Counted from the stretch's first letter, positions 50,507-58,870 are shown. The stretch is 64,000 nt of DNA from Flavobacteriales bacterium (GCA_025451235.1 JANWKT010000013.1:81317-145316), one strand, 5' to 3'. Made by a program: numbers and translations. The notes: generated by a model not told the origin, from the sequence alone.

Positions 50507-51916
50507 TTAATATTTTGTTTTATTAGCATACCCATTAATTATTAGAGCAATCATAATCCAGCCAAAAAAGGTTTCACTTCCGACGAGCAATTTTATCTGG
50601 TTACTATATTCGGCTAAATTAACTCCACCTATTCGAACGAATCCAAAAATCGCATTATATAATCCGTCTATCCAGCTTTCGGAAATTCCCACCAAATAAT
50701 AAACAAAGGAGTAAGCAATAATGACCAATATTGAGTTATAAATAAGTCGATGGGGCTTCTCTCCAAATCCCCATAAAAGATAATTACATATGCCCAAGAA
50801 ACTCAAACGAATTTGTTGAATGCATCTAAAAAACTCCCTTTTCAATCGTAATAGTGTGCCTCGATTTTGTCTTCTGTTCTTACCTAGTTTATAATGGCCC
50901 CAAAAGGTATTAATACTTGCAATTGTGGAAAACAGTTCGAATTTACGTTCAAAGTAATGTGATTCCTTTGTTCGCTTTCTGTCTCCCTGTCTTGAATAGG
51001 CTATTCTGAATTTGACAAAATTGTCTGCAATATATCGATAAGTGCTTGCTTTAGTAGAGTAAAAATCTCTCTTCATAGGAATATATTTGACTTCCTCAAT
51101 ATAACTATTTTGCAAATCAATTCGATTCATTGAAATCTCGTCAAACGTAACATATCTTAATTCACTATTCTTACAAGTCATGCTCCACAAATTCCCATTA
51201 TGAAAATGCGTAGCGTATATTTCTGAACTATTTTCCAGTTTCAGATTTTGAAAATCACATTCAACAAGATTTAGGGAGCTTAATTTCCCATCATTAAGTC
51301 TAATATTGTGTGCATGAGCAAAATATATACTATGCATTATATTGCCGTGATCTGGACCTTCAATAGTCAAAAAATCCAAATTGGTAAAGTCAAGATTTCG
51401 TCTATTTATTCTGTACCCTCGTGTAATAGTTAAGCCACCAAGTTTTAGCACATAGTGACCCATCATTTTCCATTGGCAAAGATCTGGAACATCTGGAGCA
51501 TGTCCTGAACCATATAGCAACTTAGTATTCTTGCCCGGTAGGAAATGTCTAGTTTTATACTTTCTTTGACCCCATAAGATATATGGCGTAAATCTTTGAT
51601 AAATATGATTTTTTTCTTTAGCTCTCCTTTCGACTTCTTTTGCAGCCTGCGTTGATTGTGGATGAACAAAATAATATCGATCGTCTGGATGATTTTCCGA
51701 GAAATCGATTAAATATTTATCATATTCCCCATGAAATAATTCTCCAGGATTTCTGATTTTCACAAGGGTGTCAATCAGAAAATTATTTTCACTAAGCCAA
51801 TCGCCAAAACCCGGAAGATTTTTTTCGAAGGACATGAATAGTTTCGGCAAATCATTCTTTTCTCTCCAAAGATTGAATTCATCAGTAGGAAGGTCCCATA
51901 GTTCTTGAGGAGTCAT
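50507..51916 (-). CDS. Pentapeptide-repeat protein fused to C-terminal 2-TM pore-like (Ion_trans_2-like) domain
   Basis: 469 aa. Central pentapeptide-like repeats ('NLDFTNLDFLT', 'LSSLNLVECDFQNLKLENS', 'MNRIDLQNSYIEEV'). C-terminus has TM1 'LIYNSILVIIAYSFVYYLVGI', pore-helix-like 'WIDGLYNAIFGFVRIGGVN' (compare K-channel 'F.DALYFS.VT.TTVGYGD') and TM2 'FFGWIMIALIINGY'. Confidence 0.55.
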   Translation of the reverse strand: MTPQELWDLPTDEFNLWREKNDLPKLFMSFEKNLPGFGDWLSENNFLIDTLVKIRNPGELFHGEYDKYLIDFSENHPDDRYYFVHPQSTQAAKEVERRAKEKNHIYQRFTPYILWGQRKYKTRHFLPGKNTKLLYGSGHAPDVPDLCQWKMMGHYVLKLGGLTITRGYRINRRNLDFTNLDFLTIEGPDHGNIMHSIYFAHAHNIRLNDGKLSSLNLVECDFQNLKLENSSEIYATHFHNGNLWSMTCKNSELRYVTFDEISMNRIDLQNSYIEEVKYIPMKRDFYSTKASTYRYIADNFVKFRIAYSRQGDRKRTKESHYFERKFELFSTIASINTFWGHYKLGKNRRQNRGTLLRLKREFFRCIQQIRLSFLGICNYLLWGFGEKPHRLIYNSILVIIAYSFVYYLVGISESWIDGLYNAIFGFVRIGGVNLAEYSNQIKLLVGSETFFGWIMIALIINGYANKTKY

Positions 51917-51944
51917 TTAGCTGATTCTAACTTATTAATTAAGA

Positions 51945-52568
51945 CTATCTAATGCGTTTTTCGATAGGCATTCGAACTATTCTGGCCACACCTTTGTCAA
52001 ACTTGGCTAGAGAAATATTGGGAAAGGTAAGATAATCTTCCTTTCCTTCATTCTCATCGGTAATGCTACTATCATTTATCAGAGATTTTCCTTTGGTTTT
52101 AAAAGCACGATTATAATAAACCAAGCTGTCCCTGTTAGAATGAATCATTACCAAGATATTTTCCTTGGGAACTAGCTTTTCTATTTTAAAGTAACAGTCC
52201 TTAAAAAAAGGTCCATTTTCTTTGTATGTAAAGTCAATATTGCCATTAGGAGCTAGTTGTATTTGGTCCCCAACCAACATCTGAATATTTATTTCAATAT
52301 TATTAACCGTATTTTTTGATTGATTTGTCACTAAATAATTAGTTGTATAGTCCTGATTACTAATGGTTGGTTCTATTTCTACAATATCCAACGAACTTTT
52401 ATAATACCGTTCAGTGAAATATGGAGTTGTTACAACAAGTTGGACAATTGCTACAATTAGTGCAAGAATTGACAATATAAGTGAAACGTTAATTTTATTG
52501 TTCTGATTCTTTTCATGAAGTGCATCAGAAGTTTCAAATTTTATATTGGTCTTTTTCTTTTTACTCAT
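51945..52568 (-). CDS. Hypothetical single-pass membrane protein
   Basis: 207 aa. Basic N-terminus 'MSKKKKTNIKF' then TM 'VSLILSILALIVAIVQLVV'. Confidence 0.5.
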   Translation of the reverse strand: MSKKKKTNIKFETSDALHEKNQNNKINVSLILSILALIVAIVQLVVTTPYFTERYYKSSLDIVEIEPTISNQDYTTNYLVTNQSKNTVNNIEINIQMLVGDQIQLAPNGNIDFTYKENGPFFKDCYFKIEKLVPKENILVMIHSNRDSLVYYNRAFKTKGKSLINDSSITDENEGKEDYLTFPNISLAKFDKGVARIVRMPIEKRIR

Positions 52569-52702
52569 AGCCTACAGCTAACGTAACCGCATTTGCCCAC
52601 GGGCCGTTATTTAAAGGTAATAAACTTTACTCATTTCTCAAATGATAGCAGAGTGTAAATTATTCAAATACACCCAAGCGGTTTATGTTCTTAAAACATC
52701 AA

Positions 52703-53830
52703 TTAATCCGGAATGAAAGGCCTGTGGGCAGAATGGGAGTTAGGCAAAGTGAATTCTTGTTGTAATTTATCTGAGTAATCCCGAAGTCTAATAATCGATT
52801 TCAAAACAAATTTATTATCCGGCTCAACTGAACGCCAGAAGTGCAAATACCCAAACAATCTTTCAAGATATATTGGGTCAAATGAATTAATATGTTTTTG
52901 ATGTTCGAACAATCCTTTCGAAAGGACATAATGAACATTTTTTCTAACTTCTCGCTTAGCTTTTTTCGGAACAGTCATTGTTCCATTGGATATCGAAATC
53001 CCTGTAATAATTTTTTGATTTTTCTCACCAAGCAATTTTGTTTTGGGCTTATTTATATTAAATCCTTCTTCTTCGGTAATTTCTTCAATATATGTTGTCA
53101 TTTTAATTGGTATTGCACCCCCAGAAAAAGTAAAATCATCAGCATACCTGGTATAATTTAGTTTAAATTTATTTGCTAGTCCATTTAATCTTTGATCAAG
53201 TCTTTTTGCTATAATATTGCTTATCGCCGGACTTGTAGCTGCTCCTTGAGGTAGAGCTCGATTCAAACAACAAATTGCGGCTAAGTAGTAGGAGATTCTT
53301 TTTGTGTACCCCAAATTCCGAAAAATTGCAATTACTCGATTTATTTTTATGGATGGAAAAAAATTTTGAATATCCATTTTTAATACAAATTTGGTATTGA
53401 GATGTTCTTTAGCATTGTCAACAATTGAAGTATTTTTGATAAATCCCTTGGAACATTTATGTAATGGTTGGTGAATTAGGATGTTCTCGTAAATCCACTT
53501 TTGAGCATGCAATAAAACAGGATAAGGCGCTGAAATTATTCTTTGGCCTCCATTTCTTTTTGGAATCTCAAAAGTATAATAAAAGCTATTGGATTTCATC
53601 ACTATACTCGAAAGCACTTCCCTCTGAATGCCCAGTAATGAGGCTAAATGGTTAAAATCCAAAATTATTACGGTGTTATTCGAAATGAGTTTTTGCACAT
53701 AAATTGATAGTGCCTTTTGAGTTTTTTCACCTCTTACATTTTTCGAGATGAAATCAACCCATTTTTCGATTTGTATTTTTTTATCTTCTAGCATGGTAAT
53801 AAAAAATGAGGATGGGAAAACTACTTTCAA
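52703..53830 (-). CDS. Retron-type reverse transcriptase
   Basis: Collinear with Ec86 RT. 'RNGGQRIISAP' (RT1-2). 'KMDIQNFFPSI' (compare Ec86 NIDLEDFFPSL). 'LPQGAATSPAISN' (compare LPQGAPSSPKLAN). 'YTRYADDFTFSG' (YADD catalytic box). Retron thumb 'QKIITGISIS' (compare RKVTGLVIS). The annotated start is TTG; an in-frame ATG at ~53794 (MLEDKK...) is more likely. Confidence 0.9.
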   Translation of the reverse strand: MKVVFPSSFFITMLEDKKIQIEKWVDFISKNVRGEKTQKALSIYVQKLISNNTVIILDFNHLASLLGIQREVLSSIVMKSNSFYYTFEIPKRNGGQRIISAPYPVLLHAQKWIYENILIHQPLHKCSKGFIKNTSIVDNAKEHLNTKFVLKMDIQNFFPSIKINRVIAIFRNLGYTKRISYYLAAICCLNRALPQGAATSPAISNIIAKRLDQRLNGLANKFKLNYTRYADDFTFSGGAIPIKMTTYIEEITEEEGFNINKPKTKLLGEKNQKIITGISISNGTMTVPKKAKREVRKNVHYVLSKGLFEHQKHINSFDPIYLERLFGYLHFWRSVEPDNKFVLKSIIRLRDYSDKLQQEFTLPNSHSAHRPFIPD

Positions 53831-53974
53831 TGAAATTTATTCATACTACTAAATCCTACAACGTAGATTTAGTAGTGCAGTTCTGTTAGGAACTTCACTA
53901 GTGCCTTTTTCAGGTACTAGTGTGGTTAACCACAGCATTAATAAATGAGGCGAATACACCTCAATGTGCTAGTT
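53831..53974 (-). ncRNA. Candidate retron msr/msd non-coding RNA region
   Basis: A 144 nt gap (up to ~180 nt if the RT starts at 53794) between the WH gene stop and the RT. It holds hairpins actactaaatc-N10-gatttagtagt (53845-53876), cactagtgcc-ttttt-caggtactagtg (53896-53922) and the palindrome tggttaacca (53923-53932). The a1/a2 repeats were not resolved by eye. Confidence 0.5.
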
Positions 53975-54337
53975 TCATTTCCCATCCTCAATGTTTTTAA
54001 AAATTTCTTTATCCAAAGTTTTTCGATTTGGTATGTATAACTCATTTATACCCAAAATAGGTTGTTTCATGTTTTCAGGAATTAGTTTCCAGTATTTGAC
54101 GTTTTCACGTAAAAATATATATTTTCTATTCCCAAATATCCAATTGCGCCCATATTCGTTAAGGGTTATTTGATTACCACTAATAACTATTAACCCATTA
54201 TCTTCAAATTTTTGTATTGTTCTCGCAAGTTGAAAAGGAGATAGCTGGTATTTTTCATGAAAAAAATACAAATCCAAACTGTTTTGGGCATATAATTCTT
54301 TGAGGAACTCAATATCCTCGCTTAATAATTCTATCAT
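53975..54337 (-). CDS. Small winged-helix-like DNA-binding protein (retron accessory)
   Basis: 120 aa. 'LSPFQLARTIQKFEDNGLIVISGNQITL' has the HTH + wing pattern. A 4-bp overlap (ATGA) with the upstream PRTase-like gene suggests translational coupling. Confidence 0.6.
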   Translation of the reverse strand: MIELLSEDIEFLKELYAQNSLDLYFFHEKYQLSPFQLARTIQKFEDNGLIVISGNQITLNEYGRNWIFGNRKYIFLRENVKYWKLIPENMKQPILGINELYIPNRKTLDKEIFKNIEDGK

Positions 54338-55191
54338 ATCCGTCTAAAAAGTGTTTTTCTTTGAATCCCCCCTTTATAAAAGGGCCACCAAAATATTGGG
54401 AATACATTATTCGGAACATTATTGGCTTCGAAGCCAAATAGGGCTTCTGACCTTTTATATCCGAAATTGGGGAGTTTTCTACTCCCAATTTTATTCTTTA
54501 ATTTACTTTCAAGATTCTCCATGGATTTTTTAGCTGAAGGCCTGTTTTCTGCCTCCATTATCTCACTAATCCCTTTCTTCAACCAAAAAACTGAGTAATA
54601 TTCCATGTACAATTTATCTAATACATCTTTGGAAAACTCCATAGCGGCTAGGCTAATAGTTCTAACGGTTACATTGGTAAGTTGGCGTTTTTCTATTGTT
54701 GAACGCATGTATTTTACTTTTCGCTCAATTGTATCACCTGTTCCAATGAAGTCGTCCGTTAGTATAACATTTGAATTGTCTGGAATTTCATTAGCTCCAA
54801 TCGGTAACGAGTTAAAAAAATTAGATTCCTTCCAATTCATAGAGAATTTATTTTTTAGACATTGTATAATACTTTGGGATCCGTCTGGGTTTTTATCGTC
54901 ACACGTAGCAATAAGAAAAGTACTTTCTGAAGTTAAACCCCAATTTGTTTCGATTTGAGCTGCAATGCTCTTACCTGCCTCATTTAATGTTTGTCCATCA
55001 ACGAAGGAAAAGTTCTTTATTAGGAATTCAATTAAATCTTTTTGGTCTTTATTATCCGATAGACACCATAATTCAAAGAGTGCTTCTGGCTCATATGAAA
55101 GCCACTTGTACTCTTTGTGTAATTTAGTTAAAGTGACAAAATCGTTAACGTCAATTTTGCCAGATGCTCTATTTACAATCTCTTCATTCAT
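54334..55191 (-). CDS. Phosphoribosyltransferase (PRTase)-like protein (retron effector candidate)
   Basis: 285 aa. PRPP-binding-type motif 'VILTDDFIGTGDTI' (compare 'VLLVDDVITTGST'). Confidence 0.65.
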   Translation of the reverse strand: MNEEIVNRASGKIDVNDFVTLTKLHKEYKWLSYEPEALFELWCLSDNKDQKDLIEFLIKNFSFVDGQTLNEAGKSIAAQIETNWGLTSESTFLIATCDDKNPDGSQSIIQCLKNKFSMNWKESNFFNSLPIGANEIPDNSNVILTDDFIGTGDTIERKVKYMRSTIEKRQLTNVTVRTISLAAMEFSKDVLDKLYMEYYSVFWLKKGISEIMEAENRPSAKKSMENLESKLKNKIGSRKLPNFGYKRSEALFGFEANNVPNNVFPIFWWPFYKGGIQRKTLFRRI

Positions 55192-55339
55192 TCTTTATCA
55201 TTTTGCCTAACTACGGATTACCGTAATCATACAAACGTTTACAAACCTCTATTTTCGTTTGTAAGCACTTGTATAATGGCTTTCCTATATCAATAGTATA
55301 GAATAAAGAGCAAATATAAAAGCAGGGAGGCATCCGTAT

Positions 55340-55379
55340 TTTCCCGGATACCTCTACCTAATGTTGGGTATCCGGGAAA
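55340..55379. promoter_or_regulatory. 13-bp perfect inverted repeat upstream of retron operon (operator or terminator of the upstream gene)
   Basis: tttcccggatacc-N14-ggtatccgggaaa. A Bacteroidetes-type -7 box candidate TAtaTTTG (minus strand, complement of 55311-55318) lies between it and the PRTase start. Confidence 0.4.
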
Positions 55380-55422
55380 TATGGATGGGATCCAGGCCGG
55401 GGCGGCTTGGGAATAGAAGTTG

Positions 55423-56634
55423 CTATTCAGGACAGTTGGCTACACAAACCTCCTGCGTGATGCCGTAAAGAATGGTGAGCTTACCGGTCATATATTTTTG
55501 ACTGGTAGCCAGGTAGCAATCCAAAGATAAGGTACCATCATTTTCCAAAATGGTTCTTTTAAACTTAAATTCGGCTAAACCTTTGGTAGAGGTGTAGTAG
55601 CAACTAAATATAACAGATTCAGGATTTTTTAGTTTTGTCTTTACTACAAAATTAATTTTATAAGGACTTTTTTGGTTGGGGAATTTTTGCGTGCCTATCA
55701 GCTCACCCTCTAATGTAGTCACTTTTAACCAGTTTTTTGGCAGGTTAATTTCAATGTTGCATTCATACGTCATGTTAATGATCCTGGTGACGGTCACTGG
55801 ATCTTTTTCAATGGCTGGAATGTTTATAGGAATAATGTTATAACCCTCATCCAAATCAACAATCACAAACGCTTTATAGGGATCTTTTCTTTTGAAAGTT
55901 AATGTATACCTTTCACCATACTCGATCTTTTTTCCTTCTATTCTGTCGTTTATTAATACCAGATTTTCCGAAAAGGAGATATCTCTTACTTTTACTTTGT
56001 CTCCATTGTTTCTAAATGGGTTGGTCTTTAACTCAAAGAATACGGTTACAGTACTGTCCGATTGTCCCAGTAATTCGAGATACGGGATATCGTTCGTTAT
56101 TTTTATGCATTCCGTCCAGGCATTTAATGAATTTTCAACATCTTCACTGCGGGTATAGGTTTCGTTTAATTCAATTTTTTCATTGTAACTAAGTGAATAA
56201 TCTATTTTGGTTTTATACTTTTTAAATATACTCTTCACTTTTGATTTATTGGAACCCCAATTAAATGCACCAAAATCAGGAACACTAAACCCTGCCGAGG
56301 AACTTCTCCTGTTTTGAAGATCTTCCTGTGAGGAGGATTCATACAGGTAATTCAGTTTTTCTAAATAATCCTTATCCGTTTTCAAGGATAGTTTCTGGTA
56401 AACAACGGAGAAAGCCGCATCACAGGAACCTATAAATGCTTTATTGGTTTCAAATGATAAGGAGTCTGATACCTGGTTTTTGTTGGATCCGTCCTCCGGC
56501 ATGATTACAAACTCTACAAATGCGTCTTTAACAACCGAATCTTGAATTGCCTTTTCATCCTTTTTTACCGTCTTGGAGCCACAGCTGGATAAAAATGCAG
56601 TTAATACAAGGATCAAGAAAAAATAATTTTTCAT
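55423..56634 (-). CDS. Hypothetical lipoprotein
   Basis: Leader 'MKNYFFLILVLTAFLSSCGSKTV'. 403 aa. AT-rich codon usage. Confidence 0.6.
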   Translation of the reverse strand: MKNYFFLILVLTAFLSSCGSKTVKKDEKAIQDSVVKDAFVEFVIMPEDGSNKNQVSDSLSFETNKAFIGSCDAAFSVVYQKLSLKTDKDYLEKLNYLYESSSQEDLQNRRSSSAGFSVPDFGAFNWGSNKSKVKSIFKKYKTKIDYSLSYNEKIELNETYTRSEDVENSLNAWTECIKITNDIPYLELLGQSDSTVTVFFELKTNPFRNNGDKVKVRDISFSENLVLINDRIEGKKIEYGERYTLTFKRKDPYKAFVIVDLDEGYNIIPINIPAIEKDPVTVTRIINMTYECNIEINLPKNWLKVTTLEGELIGTQKFPNQKSPYKINFVVKTKLKNPESVIFSCYYTSTKGLAEFKFKRTILENDGTLSLDCYLATSQKYMTGKLTILYGITQEVCVANCPE

Positions 56635-56819
56635 TTTTCATTTTTTAAAATTGCTCTAGTTGTCCGGCTTTAAGTGAAGCCCCCGTTTTTTTAGGTGGGT
56701 TCTGATCTCCACTTTGTTGGTTGTGATAAGGATCTATTCGATGTGAATAGTTGGTAGTATAAGACAACAAGGTAACTGAATTACTTTCTATTGGGTCATG
56801 ATCCAAACAATTTAATCAC

Positions 56820-57055
56820 AACTGTAACATACGAACGCTGCTGTAAGGCTTCGACCAAACTGTATTAGGTTTGATCTCAACGAAGTACGAAATGGTACGA
56901 GCCTACGAACTACGAACAAAGCAGTGGAGCTTCGACCGAGTTGTTACGGGGTTAACCACAACGAAGTACGAACCTATACGAACATACGAACTACGAATAA
57001 GGTTAGCATCGGTTCGTAGTTCGTAGGTTCGTATGTTTTGTTCGTACTTCGGTGA
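56820..57055. repeat. Composite 'tacgaac' repeat region: two ~45 bp direct repeats plus a ~36 bp imperfect hairpin
   Basis: Direct repeats ggcttcgaccaaact..caacgaagtacgaa / agcttcgaccgagtt..caacgaagtacgaa. Hairpin cgaagtacgaacctatacgaacatacgaactacgaa-N15-ttcgtagttcgtaggttcgtatgttttgttcgtacttcg. Confidence 0.6.
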
Positions 57056-57062
57056 AAACAAA

Positions 57063-58007
57063 TTAAAATTGACTGGAAAACGTAAATCCTACTCCCATAT
57101 CCGTTTTGGAGGCGGGATAGGTATAAAGTGACCAACTGGTAGTTTTGTTTTTCTTTTTGTTGATGAAATAGTTCACCAGGTTCCAGGTACTGATGATGAC
57201 CGTAGATGTTCCCACCCCTATGTTCACCATCGATACCGTTTTCAACTCTTCATTCGTGGTATAATATCCCCAATAATCATAGGTCTCCGCTGGATACATG
57301 GCTGCTCCCAAACTAATTTGGCCTATGCCTGATGCAATCCCAATAATAGGGAGGGCCAAACTCTTGCTTCCATTCGCTAATTGAATTCCATTGATCGTGG
57401 TCAAAGAAATATTTGCCGCAGAGAACACCGAAGAAGATACTCCATAAGCAGGGGTTACATGGTTGTTCTGCTGATCGGGCAAAGGTCCGTAAGCCGGTTG
57501 GATCATGGCACATTCATCTTCGGTCAATCCACTGTTCTTGATCCATAGATCTACCAAAGGATCATGCATGTCTTTGAGTTTTTCGTATTGATAGTTTGCA
57601 TTGATATACTCTGCCACATGTCTGCCTGCCGTTTGTTCCACCAAATAACCCACTGCACAGATCCTTCCATTTTTATCTATAAAACAGGGAATGCGCTCTT
57701 GCTTGTCATAGTTGCGGGGAAATTCTTCACGGACAATGTATTTTCCCAATAAGTTCAACATATATTTCCTCCTCCATTGCATTTGAGGAGAGAGGTTTTC
57801 TACCGGGCGGGAAGAAAGTTCATTTAATACATAGAGCAAATGTGTCCGGATACGCAGGTCTTCATTGACCGTTGAGGTAGGTGATATACCGAATTTTTGT
57901 TTGTAGCTGATATCACCGATCACAGGGTTGATGGGGTTTTCAGCGAGAAGGGTGGTGCTCATGGGGGCCATGAGGCATACGGAGAGGAGAAAGATGAGTT
58001 TTTTCAT
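57063..58007 (-). CDS. Hypothetical secreted protein
   Basis: Signal peptide 'MKKLIFLLSVCLMAPMSTTLLA'. C-terminal Gly/Ser-rich beta-strand region. Confidence 0.55.
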   Translation of the reverse strand: MKKLIFLLSVCLMAPMSTTLLAENPINPVIGDISYKQKFGISPTSTVNEDLRIRTHLLYVLNELSSRPVENLSPQMQWRRKYMLNLLGKYIVREEFPRNYDKQERIPCFIDKNGRICAVGYLVEQTAGRHVAEYINANYQYEKLKDMHDPLVDLWIKNSGLTEDECAMIQPAYGPLPDQQNNHVTPAYGVSSSVFSAANISLTTINGIQLANGSKSLALPIIGIASGIGQISLGAAMYPAETYDYWGYYTTNEELKTVSMVNIGVGTSTVIISTWNLVNYFINKKKNKTTSWSLYTYPASKTDMGVGFTFSSQF

Positions 58008-58184
58008 TTGGATCCTTTTTAATTGTTATTGATAAGACAAGGGGAAAGGGGATTTGCTGCATGAGGGGGAAGAAATAGTTGGGGTTCCCGTGGGTTTTAT
58101 AACTGCTGCGCTGCGCTTAGCCGTTATATTTCCCTCAGCCCCCATAGCTTCCCGATAGCTATCGGGAGGGGTCGCAGAATTTTT

Positions 58185-58713
58185 CTTTTGCTCTGATTCG
58201 CTACCGCGAGGGTTCTACTTTTTGTCTTGACACAAAAAGTAGACAAAAAAGTCAAGGCTGCATAAGTCATTGATGTAAAACTACGGAACGCTCCGGTCGT
58301 TCACCCAAACTCGTTTACGCTGTTACCCAAATTTTTTCAAAATTTGGACAGCTGGACCTCAAACATGGGTTCACTACCCTGCACTTATCCTTGTTTTACT
58401 ATCCATGCCTTATGAGGCCGTTCCCCCTTCCCGCTAGCCACAGTATCTGGTATTTTCTGGGTAAAAAAGGATTGCACCGGAAATTGCAAGTAAGTGATAC
58501 CTTGGCTAACCCACTATCTTCCAGATAATGTAGCCTGTGGGAGGCGAAACCCGAAATGGCGCGAACTTTGGGTTTTGCGGCCTATGCGGCGGTTGGGCAA
58601 AGGTGAAAGCAAAAGCCCAAAGTTAGCATTTCGGGGCTCCTTTCTTTTGTTTACTTTTCTTTGGAGAAGCAAAGAAAAGTAAAACCCTCGCGGTAGCGAA
58701 ACAAGAGCAAAAG
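58185..58713. repeat. ~530 bp non-coding segment bounded by 30 bp inverted repeats
   Basis: cttttgctctgattcgctaccgcgagggtt (58185-58214) and its reverse complement aaccctcgcggtagcgaaacaagagcaaaag (58683-58713). A third, split copy lies at 60029-60099. No ORF >75 aa inside. Confidence 0.55.
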
Positions 58714-58870
58714 CACTACACCGCATGCGAACTAGGGAGCCCAAACACGCAGCTTTAGCTGCGAGAAACCACTACACCCCGTAGGCGGGTGAGAATCACC
58801 CACTTTATCAGCACTTATTAACAGAAAAAAAAATATTGACCGATCTTATTAACTTTGCATTCTGAAATAT

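Noticed and set aside
58560-58800. Possible tmRNA or RNase P RNA in the carA upstream region (gcagctttagctgcg resembles a tag-reading-frame end)
   Set aside because: No tRNA-like acceptor/T-arm (GGTTCGAATCC...CCA) and no RNase P P4 consensus. The motif is just one of several palindromes.
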